DNA of 63,383 bases, filler included, from Octopus bimaculoides (GCF_001194135.2; 6 parts of 6 records of this genome joined end to end with filler, not necessarily neighbours in it); one strand, 5' to 3'. Shown: positions 38,297 through 51,690, numbered from the whole stretch's first letter. Numbers and translations are program-made. The notes: a model not told the origin generated them from the sequence alone.

Positions 38297-38756
38297 ATAT
38301 ATANNNNNNNNNNNNNNNNNNAATGAAATATAATAAAAATAAAAGCAAAAACAAAAGGTTTTTTAGATTACACACATTAAAAATTAAAAAAATAAAAGAA
38401 TAAAGCACTTTTGATGTTATAATATAATTAGAGAAAGGCGAAACCTGATGTTATTAATAAAAAACTGTGAATAATGATATAGTAAAAAAATAAACAATTT
38501 TTTGTGCGAAAAATATAAATCCACATATAATATAGAATAAAGTATATAAATTTATATCAACCATATATAAAAGATACCAGTCTTGGAAAGGGGTAGATAC
38601 ATATAATAATCTATTAGGTGGATGCAGTACTGGTTGAGTTAAGCTTCAATAATTAAATTGCAGTTTCATATTTTAAGCCTACGAATAATTAGCTCATATG
38701 ATAGGTTATACAGAAATGATCATAGTGGATAAAGAGTCACAAGACTAGATTACTAA

Positions 38757-39312
38757 TCAGGATTTAATATTTAATTTAATTAGTTGTAAGCGTAGGGTAC
38801 AGGGAATAATGAAGTCACCAAAGGACAGTAGTGGATATTTATTTTGTACTAATTCTGAAATATTTAAAGGTACGGGTGGTCCTATGAACACACGAAATCC
38901 TATGTTCCAATTCCTAATTAAGTTGTATTTATTTCTATATTTGAATACTTCATACATCGCGATACAACATAGACTACACCCATATCGGCCATTTGTGTAT
39001 GGTTGAGCTCTACGCATTATATACCACGTGCAAGTTCTCGCGTCTCACAATATTATTCATAGCCACGTCTTGTTTACCACAATTATTCGTAATACACTTA
39101 TTATTACATGTACACACGTTATGGTTGCTAGATTTACAATTTACAAGCAAATCGTTATGTAAAGGGTTACAAGGATCATTAGTACTAGTGATATTTACAT
39201 CATTAAGATTATTAAAGTTGTTATTAAATGTTAATTTAATATTACTACTATCATTACCAATCCCATTGATTGTTGTTATATTTTTCCTATTCAGGCCAGT
39301 TATTGTAGCCAT
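38757..39312 (-). pseudogene. Split Asn/Cys-rich ORF of unknown function (39312-39010 overlapping 39017-38757)
   Basis: Two overlapping ORFs (100 and 86 aa) in non-repetitive sequence; no recognisable domain. Confidence 0.35.
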
Positions 39313-40169
39313 ATTCGGAAGAGTAGAATACGAGACCGCGGTTTCGTGAGATGCCTACAGAGTCAACGCTACGGTGGTGCATCCATCTGCTAAAAGCAGA
39401 TAATAACCTTACCGTACGCGGAGGATGGGGACTCTGATACCATCCCACGGGGTTGCATCACTCCCACTACCGTATGCCCAAACCAGGAGGATCATAACCG
39501 CTCCAGGACAACAGAGTGGAGTGGGCGGTACCATTTCTCCGCATATTAACACACTTGGGATGCTAAATTGGGGAGGCGTCACCGTCGATGATCCTATAAC
39601 ACCCGAGTGGTCAAACCGGAGGTAGTTGGGGCCCCGACATTCGTAGACTGAGCCACATATCCAGTGGGTGAATCCATCCACAGGTACAGCCACGAACCAA
39701 AAAGAAAGGAAAGAAAAGGCACTAATTATAGGGTACACGAAATTTTAAGGCAGCTCTGCAATAAATTGAACTCACAAGGTAATGGGATGAAACGAAAGAC
39801 CATAAAGTAATAAATATGCTGTTCTTCATGCATTTGCTAAAATATCGCTTCAATAATCTTCGAAAATTATCAGTAAGCTATTTTAAACCGTGAATATGTT
39901 GTTTGCGTTTTTCTTTCTGTTTTCTCTCTTTTTTTTTCTCGTGACATCCACTGTAAATGTAAATTAATTGCCCGCCTGGCTAGAAAAAAAAATGAATAGG
40001 CAAATATATAATTTTAAAAAAATATAAGATTATTTGAAAGAAAAAAATATAGAATAGCTGCCGTTTAAAATGCGCAGCCAATAACATAAACAAAATTCTT
40101 AAAGTTAAAAAAAAATGTTTAATATTTGTATTCGGATAATGGAGCAGTCACATGATGAAGGAGAGCTGA

Positions 40170-40208
40170 TAGATAGAAGAATAAATGGATAGATACATAG
40201 ATAGATAA

Positions 40209-40279
<71 letters not shown>

Positions 40280-40467
40280 CATGGCTTCATAGGTAGGTCG
40301 GTAGATAGATTCATATACAGATGTATATAGAGATAATGATTTTATAGACCGAGAGACTGATTGTTAGACGGGCAGGTAGACTGGTATATAGGCGTAGCAA
40401 CCTATACATACACACACACATATGTTAGTATATATATATATATATATATATTAATATATATATATAT

Positions 40468-40510
<43 letters not shown>
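40170..40510. repeat. (GATA)n and (TA)n microsatellites
   Basis: Directly visible. Confidence 0.9.
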
Positions 40511-40511
<1 letters not shown>

Positions 40512-41066
40512 GTAAGTAAATAGACTAATAGTTAAATATACATATAGAGAGGCACTCATAAAGCAAGAGATGAGGAAAGAGAAAACGATGGATGAATATG
40601 TTTATGCAATGGTGATTTCATAACTTTAATTTATTGGATTAATAAAGAACAACGACAATAAATGTGATAACAACAAGAATAAATATAAAAACAATGAGAG
40701 GAAGTACAACACATTGCATAAAATACATAACAATGACAAAACCGACAACATTAAAATACAACGCACTATTACTACAACAATGCATTGCACAATATGAAAT
40801 GAACAGGAACAGTTCACAATACAAAAGAGGAAAAAAATTAAACAATAATACATGGCAACATGGCTGTGATGGATTCAGTTTTCAATATTGAATACAGCAA
40901 GGAATAAATTCGCCACTATTGTGATGTGTGCACACATATTCCATCCAGAATAGTGTGATTTCGGTTCACTAATGCTAATATGTTACGAATATCTCGGCCT
41001 CAAGATCCTTTGCTGCTCTCAAACATTTATCAACTCTGCGCTTTTAAACGATTTTCTGTAACGGAG

Positions 41067-41440
41067 TGCCTTAGCGAAAGCAAAGGTATTGTTCACAGTC
41101 GTGTTTGTTTATTTCTTTGACTGTGGACAAGATATCTCAAGAACTACTGGATGGATTCGAATGAAACTTTCAGAGATGTTAAGCCTCATTACTGGCACGA
41201 ACTGATTAGATTTTTGAGATCGATCCATTATCGAACAAGGATTCTGGATTATTTTTCTTGTTTTTTTTTTGTTCTTGCTTAATTTTCGAGAACCGCCAGG
41301 TTCAATTTTATTATTCTCGTTTGTGAGTGCAGTCGAATTCAATTCAGGTATTCTCATTTTAAAAAGCATAGCTGGTTAATCGTTGAGAGGATGTTGGTGT
41401 TGCCTTCGCGGTCCTTTGCACTCTCTGATTGCTCTTGTTT
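41067..41440 (+). mobile_element. Helentron/Helitron-associated non-autonomous element (HINE/DINE-1-like)
   Basis: 5' GCCTTAGCGAAAGCAAAGGT hairpin, GTTTGTTT tract, GGATGGATTCGAATGAAACTT, 3' GCCTT...TGCACTCTCTGATTGCTCTTGT; layout recalled from metazoan HINEs. Confidence 0.6.
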
Positions 41441-41664
41441 AATATAAATGCTAGGTTTGTTATGAATTTATTTCAGGGAATGGTTTCAATTATTCTATGC
41501 ACTTTTTTTTAATTTTCAAGGAGCTTTATTAAGGCTTATAAACCTATTGAACAACTTCTCAGAAGTTGCATTTTCATGTGAGGTCGAATGTGCGAAAAAT
41601 GGATTTCAGAATATTTTCTTAAAACGGGGTATAACACTGTCCAAAATGGATATACTAAGCCGAC

Positions 41665-41796
41665 CGATATCAGACGTCACAAGGATTTGGTCGCTCGAAG
41701 GCTATAGTAGAAGGCATTTCCCAAAGGTGCTAAGCAGTGACACTAAACCTGGAACCATGCTGTTTGGAAGAAAGCTTACCACACAGCCACGCCTAT
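41665..41796 (-). mobile_element. SINE family D
   Basis: CACAAGGATTTGGTC...GGCTATAGTAGAAG...AAGCTTACCACACAGCCACGCCTAT. Confidence 0.8.
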
Positions 41797-42089
41797 ATTT
41801 CAAATGTTAGAAATGAATGGAAAAATAGACAAAAATGGGTGAAAACATAACGGACTGAAAAAGCAGTCAAAAACACGATACAAGGAATATTCGCATCTGA
41901 GTTTCTCGTCAGTCGGGTTCTGAGATATCTTAGTGGTTTTGCGTTACTTAAAACCAATGCCGCTGTTATCAACGGTAGCGCCAGAGCATAAAACTACAGG
42001 AAAAGCCAGACAAATGTTTGCACGACAGCAAAAACTAACATTGCGTGTACAATAAGAAATAATGACAATGTATAGCAGACAAGAAATGA

Positions 42090-43000
42090 TACACCAGAAA
42101 GTGCTTTTGTCTTGAAACCAAAGATGGTCGTTTGTCTTCTAGTGCTGGCTTAAGCCGTTCCAGCTGCTTGCAATAGATCTCATTTATTAACGTTTGGTTT
42201 GGGTTTAAAGGTTCAAAGTGGACTAACCTTTCATAACCCACCAAACAGATAACATCAATTTACGTGGGTGAAGGCCGTCTTTAGCCTGGGATGACGGAGC
42301 TTCTCCATTTCCTATCCACTGTTTTTGGCACTTGACAGTTTTATGAAGAACCCATTTCCCGTGGTCGGCCACTATTCAGTTAAAAAAATATTCAGTCGTG
42401 AGACGTGACAGCAAAGAAGAATACACATTCACTCTCTGCAGGCGATTAGACTTTAAAAGTTTCTAAGGAACCTCCTTACCCATTTTTTAAAAATTTTCCG
42501 ATGACACGCAGGTGTCGATGAATAGTTGAATGACCAAATCCAAGCTTTTCAGTTAGTACCTCAACAGTTACGATTAGGTCTTGTTCCACCAGGACTTCCT
42601 CGTTGATCTTTACAGATCTTCCAGGACGCGGCTCGTCTTCTAGTCTGTAGTTTCCGGCTCGGAATTTTTGGAAGCACTTTTGACACTGGCTTACACTTAT
42701 TGTTCAATCCCCATATACTGCATTAATATTCCTAGCACTTTCTGCTGCGTTGTTGCTAGTATTGAACTCATTAAGTAAAATATGCCGAATATGTCCCTTT
42801 GCCACTTCCATGACATATTCGAAAAAATAACTGTTAAAATTGAACTGCATTCATCAAAACTCATACTAAGAATAAGTACAAGGTGAAATTACTACCTGCT
42901 TTTATAGCAAGTTGATTCTGGTAGTTTATCCCGTACCCCTCTGACATTTAGTTCACGCAATTGAAAAAAAAAACAGCATTATTTATGGGATGACCCAATA
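42090..43000 (-). mobile_element. Mariner, 3'-truncated decayed transposase
   Basis: 5' TIR TATTGGGTCATCCCATAAATAATG; ATG at 42811 MEVAKGHIRHILLNEFN...EDEPRPGRS...KDGLHPRK...HFEPLNPNQTLINEIYCKQL. Confidence 0.9.
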
Positions 43001-43582
43001 TATGGAGTGAGAATGTGTGGGAGAGAGAATATTTTGTGCTGTCACGTTTGGCAAATATAAAATATTGCCCTTCAGGCTTACTATGTTTGCAGTTAAAAGT
43101 TTACTTTAAAGACTGATAAAACTTTTGTCTCGATAACTTCAAAAAGACATTTCTAAGATGTATCAAATGTGTCTACCGGCTGCCATACGTTATCTATTAT
43201 TGATGTTACCATGCATGTTATCTTATGCTATTGTTTACTACATGTATGAAATATTTCTGAAATAATAAGTTACATAGATGAGCAAGCAAGATGGCGGCTG
43301 AATCGGTTAATGTCATGAAATATCTATAAGAGATTCAATGGGCAAGATCACCTTGCTCTATATCTCCCAGTCAACGTAATTAGAAATACTTATTTTGACA
43401 AGATGAATCATTACCATCTACATGAAATCTGACGTGAACACTTAACCCTAACAATATTTTGACAAATTGATAACTTGGTTACACATAGCCCACCAACTGA
43501 CCCATACAGTCTCCTCTTTACATCTCTACTATATACTTATCCATGTACCTAATCTATCTATCTATCTATTTATCTATCTATA

Positions 43583-43613
<31 letters not shown>

Positions 43614-43727
43614 TTATGTATCTATCTNNNNNNNNNNNNNNNNNNNNNNNNNNNNNNNNNNNNNNNNNNNNTTAATTAATTAANNNNNNNNNNNNNNNNN
43701 NNNNNNNNNNNNNNNNNNNNNNNNNNN

Positions 43728-43781
<54 letters not shown>

Positions 43782-44169
43782 TGTATATAATGCGGTAATT
43801 TTGGAGTTGGTCATTCTTCATAATTAATAGATGAAGGGAATGGACGACATAGAAATGGAGGAAATTCTATCTGTGAGAAAGCAAGTAACTAAGTTCAGTT
43901 ATTCCGTAGAAGGGGCAATTATATTTGTGTATATGTGTGTGTAGTGTGCGTGCGTGTATGAGCATGTATGTGTGTGTGCCTGTGTGTATGTACGTTCCTT
44001 TTTTTATATTCCTTTTTATGTATTATAAATTCTATTTTATTCCACCCGAAAAGGTTAAATGCAATGTTGATTACCAACTTAGAGCATAGGAAGCTAAAAC
44101 CATTTTCCTAACGTATTTTAGATAATGCTCAAAGGATTCTGGCCTTATGCATACTTAATACATATATAA

Positions 44170-44262
44170 ATGCATACATTCATACATACATACATACATA
44201 CATACATACATACATACATACATACATACATACATACATACATACTTACATACATACATACA
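44170..44262. repeat. (TACA)n microsatellite
   Basis: Directly visible. Confidence 0.95.
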
Positions 44263-44285
44263 TTCAGACGGAGGCAGAAGCACCA

Positions 44286-44420
44286 AACTAACACAGTGCT
44301 TCTTTATAGACGATTTGAAAGTACGTAGTAAATGACAAAAGTATGAATGAGACATTCTCGAAGGGTATAGGTGAGGAGTTTGGCCTGGGTAAATATGCTG
44401 ATATCAGTCTAAAACAAAGA
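44286..44420 (+). mobile_element. R4/Dong-like RT fragment
   Basis: FFIDDLKV...EEFGLGKYA matches the (F/Y)MDDLKLY...MEFGL.KC motifs. Confidence 0.65.
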
Positions 44421-45439
44421 ATTACAAGCCATCTACCGATATTTCTATTAATGGCCTATTTATCACATATCAGAAGACGAATGCTAGAAGTAGCTAGTGA
44501 TGTATGATAATATTTGCTATAAGGGTAACAAGGCCTATGGAAAAAGGGAATATGATACCAATATAAAAAAAATTGTTATAGTATGAACGGTGAGTGTTTG
44601 AAGTAAAAGGGAATTCCGTAAAGAACACATTTGGTTCTGTAGGTCACCATCATCCAAATCATCTTTATGAGTAAAGAATATATCCCAGGCACATTGCCGT
44701 TTATGGTGTCCCATTTCTTTGTGCAGCTACTTGTAGCATCTCCATGATCCCCTCCTACCCTTATCATTAGGATCATAATTAACAAAGATTGCAGATATAT
44801 ATCTCTGTAAGTGCCAAGTCTTTAGCCATACATTTCAGTCAAAAGCGTGTGTGTGTGAGTGTGTGTGCAAGAGAGAGAGAGGGAGAGAGAATGGGGTGTG
44901 TGCGCACCTGTGAATGTATATATGATTTGCTTTTAATCTTTATAATTTTCAGCTGATTTCACAAACATAATTATTGTTTTAAGCAAATAATTATTTTGTA
45001 TTGCTTTCCATTACAATTTGTATGTAATAAAACACAACATAAAATACATCTGATGTTATTGTATTGCGGGTACACCTGAAACCGCACACAATTTTTACAA
45101 TATTATAAATGTCATTCAGTGAATCTTCAAACGATTAACATATGATTATCATACTAAAATATACTTTACTTCATAAAACGGATTGTGTGGAAAACATTTT
45201 ATATAAAATGTAATTTGATGTCACTTGGAGTGGAAATCGAAGCCACATCCCCCCGAACGTTTCTGTATATTAGAATTATGTTGCTGGAATTACACAGATT
45301 CTCAGTCTATTTCCATCCTCTGTTTTTGGCGAATTAATCATTATCCAATTTCTTCACATAAATTTTATAAATGTCGCTCAGAAATTATACCCAGAATTAA
45401 ATAGTAAACGACATTGTCACCCGAAATCATTTCTACAGG

Positions 45440-45760
45440 GTCGATTCTTGATAGAAATTGAAAGCTGTATGCAAGCCTTTAAAGTACAAGACAATATGTA
45501 TTATTTCCACTCTACCTAAAGCAGTTTCATGTAAGATACTAAGTGCATTGACCATGTATTGTGGTACAACGGTAGTATCTAAAGAAGAAATGGCAACACT
45601 TAAACGACCTGGTATCATGCTACAGTCCTCATTATGGCATTCTATATATATAGTTTCGACAAAACAATCTGAAAAAGCTTCTATTAAGTCACTATTTGGT
45701 ATACCTAATTGCACTCTACTTTTAAAAAGAAAGAGATTATTTGAAATAACCTGAACGAAA
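45440..45760 (+). mobile_element. Possible old LINE RT C-terminal remnant
   Basis: KILSALTMYCGTTVVSKEEMATLKR is only loosely like the post-RT LLYG.ETW motif. Confidence 0.3.
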
Positions 45761-46779
45761 AAAACATAGCCATAGTTGTAATGCTAACAAGGCCAATAAC
45801 TTAGCAACACTCGAAGAAAGAATAAACCACTTAAGACTGCGCAAACCTGTCTTACACAGTCTTAAACCGGCCACATATTGAGGCAAACTAACCTCGTTAC
45901 ATAACGTTAGGTGTGGTATTACATTACTTTCAGGATCCGGTGCTAAGTGCTTGCATGGTTAATTATTTTCGAGGAAGGAATAAACTTCTGTTATTCTCCA
46001 TTTCTTGTGGACATGCGGGGCAAAATTGCAGACTAATGGTAATCCGAATTTATTATACACATCCGATTCCAAATTAAGCTATTACTCTTCACCTACATCC
46101 CATAATAAGAAATTTCCTGTTGCAGACAATAATCTGCGGAGAAAAATAATCTGACCTGATCTCACCGGCGAACGTAAGATATCTTCTGTAGCCAAACAAT
46201 AAAACATTTATTTCATTGACGCTCGAATAAAAATTCATGATTTAAAAAGTCCAATTACATTTCTCATTCTTGATATAACTGATATAAATTTACGCAAGCC
46301 GATTGTAGAAACCGAACCAATGGAAAGCATTCTGATTGGAATGAGGATGTGATCCAGTTTCAGTTCCCAGTTGAAGTCATTCATTTTATTTATACCATCA
46401 CTGAATGTTACATCAACTCATTTCCTTTTACTAAAAATGTAAGACTTTGAATCTAATGAAGAGTAACCAATATTTACATGAAACTTGTTTTCGGAAATGC
46501 TGTATTACGCTCATGTATCATAGGAAGTAATAAATAACTAAGCTGGACTGGAAGAAAATCAGATTACATGCATTGCCGTATTTTAGTCAGATTTCTTTGC
46601 ATTTTGCATTCATATCATGCTAAGGTCGATTTGACCTTTTATTCATCCGAGTTAAGTACACAGTCGATTTAATCGCCTGTATAATACTCAACTAACCCTT
46701 TAATCTTGTATGTAATAAATATCTATTATAGATTTATTGTTCAGACGGGGTGGTTATGTTATTAATATATAGTGCATTT

Positions 46780-46943
46780 AAGGCGGTGAGTTGGCAGAAA
46801 CGCTAGCACGCTGGGCGAAATACTTAGCGGTATTTCGTCTGTCTTTATGTTCTGGGTTCAAATTCCGCCGAAGTCGACTTTGCCTTTCTTCCTTTCGGGG
46901 TCGATAAATTAAGTACCAGTTGCGTACTGGGGTCGATCTAATC
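46780..46943 (+). mobile_element. SINE family A (tail lost)
   Basis: Near-consensus head and core. Confidence 0.9.
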
Positions 46944-47979
46944 TGCTCGCGATATCAACGAAACGCTTGGTGAGGAAATCACCAGTGAGTGGTCAGCTCG
47001 AAAATGCTTTAAACGATTTCGCAGTGAAGACCTAAGCATGGAAGATCGTGACCGTAGTGGACACCCATCTGTCATCGATGTCGGTCAATTAAAGATTGTC
47101 ATTGAGAAAGATATAAGTAAAATCACTCGAGAACTGGCAAAAGAAGTTAGCCAGAAAACTGCCTGCAACCATTTGCATGCAATCGGAAAATCAAAAAAGC
47201 TAGACAAATGGGAACCGCACGATTTGAATGAAAATCAGAAAATGCACAGATATGAAAATTTCTCGTTGATTCTGCTCCGTAACCAGACCGATTCAGTTCT
47301 CGACTGTACTGTAACTTGCGATGAAAAGTAGATTCTGTACAATAATAATAATAATAAAACGTTCTTCGCAGTGGTTGGACAAAAATAAAGCACCGAAAAC
47401 CTTCCCTAAACCCGATTCGTCAAAAAGAAGGTTATGGTGACTGTTTGGTGGTGTACTGCAGTACTCATCCACTATAACTTCTTAAAACTCGGGAAAACCA
47501 TTACTGCAGAAACATATTGCCATGAAATTGCCAAAATGAACGAAAAACTGCTACTTCTCCGTCCCAGATTGGTGAACAGAAGAGAGCCAATCCTTCTTCA
47601 TGACAAAGCTCGACCATACCTTTCACTAATGACGATCCAGAATTTGAGTGAACTTGGCTACGAAGTTCTTCCCCACCCAGCTTATTCCGTAGACCTTTCT
47701 CCTACCGACTACCACTTTTTCAAGCACCTTGATGGTTTTCTGCGAGAGGAGAAAATCAAAGGAGTTCAAAAACCAAACCGACGCTGAAAGTGCGTTCAAA
47801 GAGTTCATCCAGAACTCCAGATTTTTATGTTACCGGAATAAACAAACTTATAACTCGTTGGCAAATATGTGTTGATTGTAATGGTACTTACATTGATGAA
47901 CAAAATTTTCGCATTGTTAAAATATATTGTGATGAATTTCATGTTTCAAAACGTTGCTTACTTTTTACTCAGTCGGATA
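46944..47979 (+). mobile_element. Mariner DD34D transposon, 5'-truncated
   Basis: TCDEK; HDKARP to SPTDY with 34 residues between the Asp residues; degenerate 3' TIR. Confidence 0.95.
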
Positions 47980-47989
47980 GAAGTAGTTG

Positions 47990-48155
47990 TTTTGGTTGTT
48001 GTTGTTGTTGTTGTCCAACTCTCATTGAGTAGACATTTGATCAAATATCCCATTTTTTTCAGAGTATCTATATTTTTCAATATGTCATTCCTTTTTTTAA
48101 GATGGTAGTGTATGAATTGAGGTAGATTTGGTTGCTGTTGCTACAGAATATCACT
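47990..48155 (-). mobile_element. Interspersed repeat family E
   Basis: (GTT)n then TTTGATCAAA...TTAAGATGGTAG...GATTTGGTTGCTGTT. Confidence 0.55.
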
Positions 48156-51100
48156 AATGTCATTGGTTTTGATAACCAGCGAAATAATGTTTTCGTTCTT
48201 GAACTTCATTTTTCTAATATCTGTTTCCTTCTTTCTGACAAAGTTTGAAAATAAGGAACAAATTGTCCTGTCACTGTTATAATCGTAACCAAATAGGTTA
48301 CGGTAATTTTAAAATAAAGTAAAGAATACACTTATAACTGCATAAAAGAACCCCCAATTAAAAAAGATCTTTGAACTTTGACCTTTTATTCACATTCTTC
48401 TTTCATTCCCGTTTCCCATTGGTGTCCAAAGAAGTTCAATAATCTAAATCTTGATTTTCAGGTTTCCTTAATCAGTGAATATATTTTCATCCTCAAATAT
48501 TTTTCTATTGTTTTACTTCCAAAATCCTTCATAACTGCTTTGTATTAAATAAATTCCTTATTAGATAAAACAATTAAGAATGTTTATATCATTGGATAAA
48601 TTTATATTATGTATTCGCTTATAATACATTCGAATTACAGAAATCCTATACATATTTTCCCGACCTCCACGAAAAGATGGCTGTCGTGAAGAAACCATTA
48701 TTTTTGTACGTGGTTGCTATGTTACGATATTAATCTTGATAATCAATACTTAGTTATGTTCAATGCTGCTAAATAAGAGACAAGTTATCGGCGTATACGA
48801 TTGTAACATGGTTTCTATTCTCTCATGTGATGTATTGGCTACGACTGAATAGTCATGTAGCGGTCGTTTACGTATTACAATCAGCATTATTGACTTAAAC
48901 CACCGAGATTAATTTGCTGCTAGAAATAGCAATAAATTTCTTCAATCCTTACCACACCATATTATGATAAGATGATTACATTATTCATTTGTTCCCCGTC
49001 TCTCTTCACTACTATGATGCTACCATCAATACTCTCTTCTAACCACATCTTGTACATTTATCCTTTTCTCTCAACCCATGCTCATACTGTATTTCTACAT
49101 ATGTAGCTGGGTTGACTTGAGACTATATTCTATCTTATAGTTACCTTCTATCATGATAATATTTGTAATCACTTATATCTATCTCTATCAAAAATGAAAA
49201 TCGTACCTACTCTCACTTACAGATTATATTCATTTGCTTGTATACTTCAAGTGTTATTAGAAGTTTACATTGTTGGATTGTAAATGTAACCCAAGTCATT
49301 GTTAGTGACAATACGTGTTAATCTTCAATGAACGATATCAAGGTCAGAAAATGGAACGACAAATATCTTTCGTATTGTTTGTTTTATACCTACCAAAGCA
49401 ACCTTGTTAGTTCTAGTTGACTGCAATATGTCTAATAATTTCTTAATGCGCAGCTCTAATTTAAACGTAGATGATTGAAGGAGTGCTAAAGACCAGGTCA
49501 GATGTGCTACCAGATAAGATCAAATAGGGTCTCTTCTTTGCATTAGATTCTTTCTGTCAAACAATGAAGTTCTGAAAGCCTTGGCTGGGATGGCTTGTTT
49601 AAAGAAAAAAAAAACTCACTGTGTACCGGAGAAGATGTCAAACCAATTTCCCTTGAAATGATAAAGCCTGTCATCGGACAAAAGGAAGCAAATAAAATCT
49701 TTGATATTCTTGTCTTCAATAACGTCATTGCAAAGGGATGAGCTTTCCTTATCTAGTTGGTAAACGAGATGAAATGATTTTCATTACTCTCAACACGTAT
49801 GAAACGACTAACGTCTCAGACATGAACCAATTAATCCTGTCTATCCGATGCCTGCTTGATGATGCCTTAAAAGATAAATTGCTTTGTGAACCAATGATAA
49901 TCACTATCAAAGATGTTGGTATTTTCTGTCTCCTTCATAATTGTTTTGAACGTAATAAGTCTTTTTGATCATGCAAGTGTCTATGTGTAATGACGGTGAA
50001 TCAATTATGATTGAACCCAATTCTAGTTTTACAGCTCTGGCAATGGAGAGAATACATCACAATAGACAATTTCAGTGAATTCTTTACCGACCAATTTCCA
50101 GAGATTACGTATATTATAATTAAAACTGCATATTTAATTCGACGCAAAGATCTCAGTCATAGAAGTTCTAATTATTTCCGTTAGGAATTAAAAAGTAAAC
50201 AGCAATTTCTGCTTTTTCGTACTGACGGGTATTGGCTATCACGGGACTAAGTTTTGTACTGAATCGAAATTATGCTTGAGGATAGTGTTACTTCTCTCTG
50301 AAAACATATAAACGATAAGGCAGAAAAGTCTGAGAACCATAAATTAAACATGTTGCCTAATGGTCAGACACGTGCAAGTTTTTGGATAACTTCAACATAG
50401 TTATGGAGAGGCCAAAATCATGTAGACTACTATATCTTGATAAGATTTGAGAATCAACGATAAAGGTTCCATTTTAGAATGCCAAACTTTAAAATGAACA
50501 TTTCTCTTCGTTTCTCTTGATTGTCAAAAACCATTAGAGAATAGTTGGGGATCGATCCATCGTTGAAAGAAGGAATAATTAAATATATGTCGGAGTTTCA
50601 GAATACGTGGAAGAAATGCCTTGAAAAGCGGCTACAAGAAAAACAAAGTAACAGAGCCAGCAAACATATTTTCCAATTCCTTTCAATGATAGACATCTGG
50701 CTAAAGTAGCTAACTGTATAACCTCAATTTCAAAGATGGTATAAGACTCCTTATTTCTGATCTATATTTTCTTCTAAACTGCATATCAAAAATAATTAAC
50801 CGAATGGAATCGAACGAATTATGACATAACATTGACGCGCTGACAAGTACTAAACTAAACACAGAGAATCTAGGCGAAACTATGAAACAAGAGCCAAATG
50901 CTGTTTCTTTTAACTTTATGGAAGCCACACTCATATTTGAAGTTTAACATGCGATGATTGTTGCTCTCTTGAAGATGCTTGTTAACTGACTACATTTCTT
51001 TACGTGATCCATTTTTATTTATTTGTCTATTCATTTCGCTTTCCACAAATTCAAATTAAACTTCATCTGCCTTTATATCACAATTTAAGGAGGTGTGCTG

Positions 51101-51526
51101 GCCGATTCGACTAGTTATCAAAGGGGTGCTCACTCAGTAAAAGGCTGGGAAATGCTATTTTACAATAACAAATCATGTGAAGACCAGATCTGTTAGAATA
51201 ATGTAAACACTATGGTTCTACCGTTTATTTTAAAGACTCGTGATAAGAGATATATGAAATTCTTTCAGTTACTGTTCTAAAATTTAGAGAAAAGATTTAG
51301 TGTAAATATTTTAAAAGGCGCACCAATTTGAGAATATGCTGTAACACTGCAGTTTTATGGTGGCTTCAGTAAAGCAATGTTTTCATTTTTGACTTTGTAA
51401 CACAGCAGAAATCATATAAAAAATACTGGCTTTCTTCATATAGATATTAAAATACCACTAGAAATTTTACTTTAATGTTTGCCAATGGTTGTACTCTTTA
51501 ATGAGATTCTTTTATATGTAACTGAA

Positions 51527-51690
51527 GTTGTTGTTTAGGTTTGAATCAGCCTTGTTCAAGAATACTTAAGATCAATTATGTCGATCCCATCTTTTTGTAT
51601 ATACAATGGTTATATACACCATAATGTCTCTTCAGGATTTATGAGTAGAATCGTTTGTTGTAGTGGCTCTCAAACGATGCACCTGAATGA
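51527..51690 (-). mobile_element. Interspersed repeat family E (degenerate)
   Basis: GTTGTTGTTTAGGTTTGAATCAGCC...GATCCCATCTTTTT. Confidence 0.45.

Larger units (their letters stand above)
37171..39770 (-). mobile_element. Putative hammerhead-terminated PLE-related non-autonomous element
   Basis: Ends in (TA)n just downstream of the hammerhead; AT-rich middle; split ORF and GC-rich leader upstream. Continuity across the small gap at 38304-38320 is unproven. Confidence 0.4.

Noticed and set aside
37880-38560. Very AT-rich stretch resembling a mitochondrial control region (NUMT)
   Set aside because: No mitochondrial tRNA, rRNA or protein motif was recognised in the flanks.
39432-39442. TGGTATCAGAG on the minus strand, like an initiator-Met PBS
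   Set aside because: Matches the plant, not animal, tRNA-iMet 3' end and no LTR end precedes it.
41895-41915. CTGACGA-GAAAC-TC hammerhead-like core (minus)
   Set aside because: No stem II or stem I; chance match.
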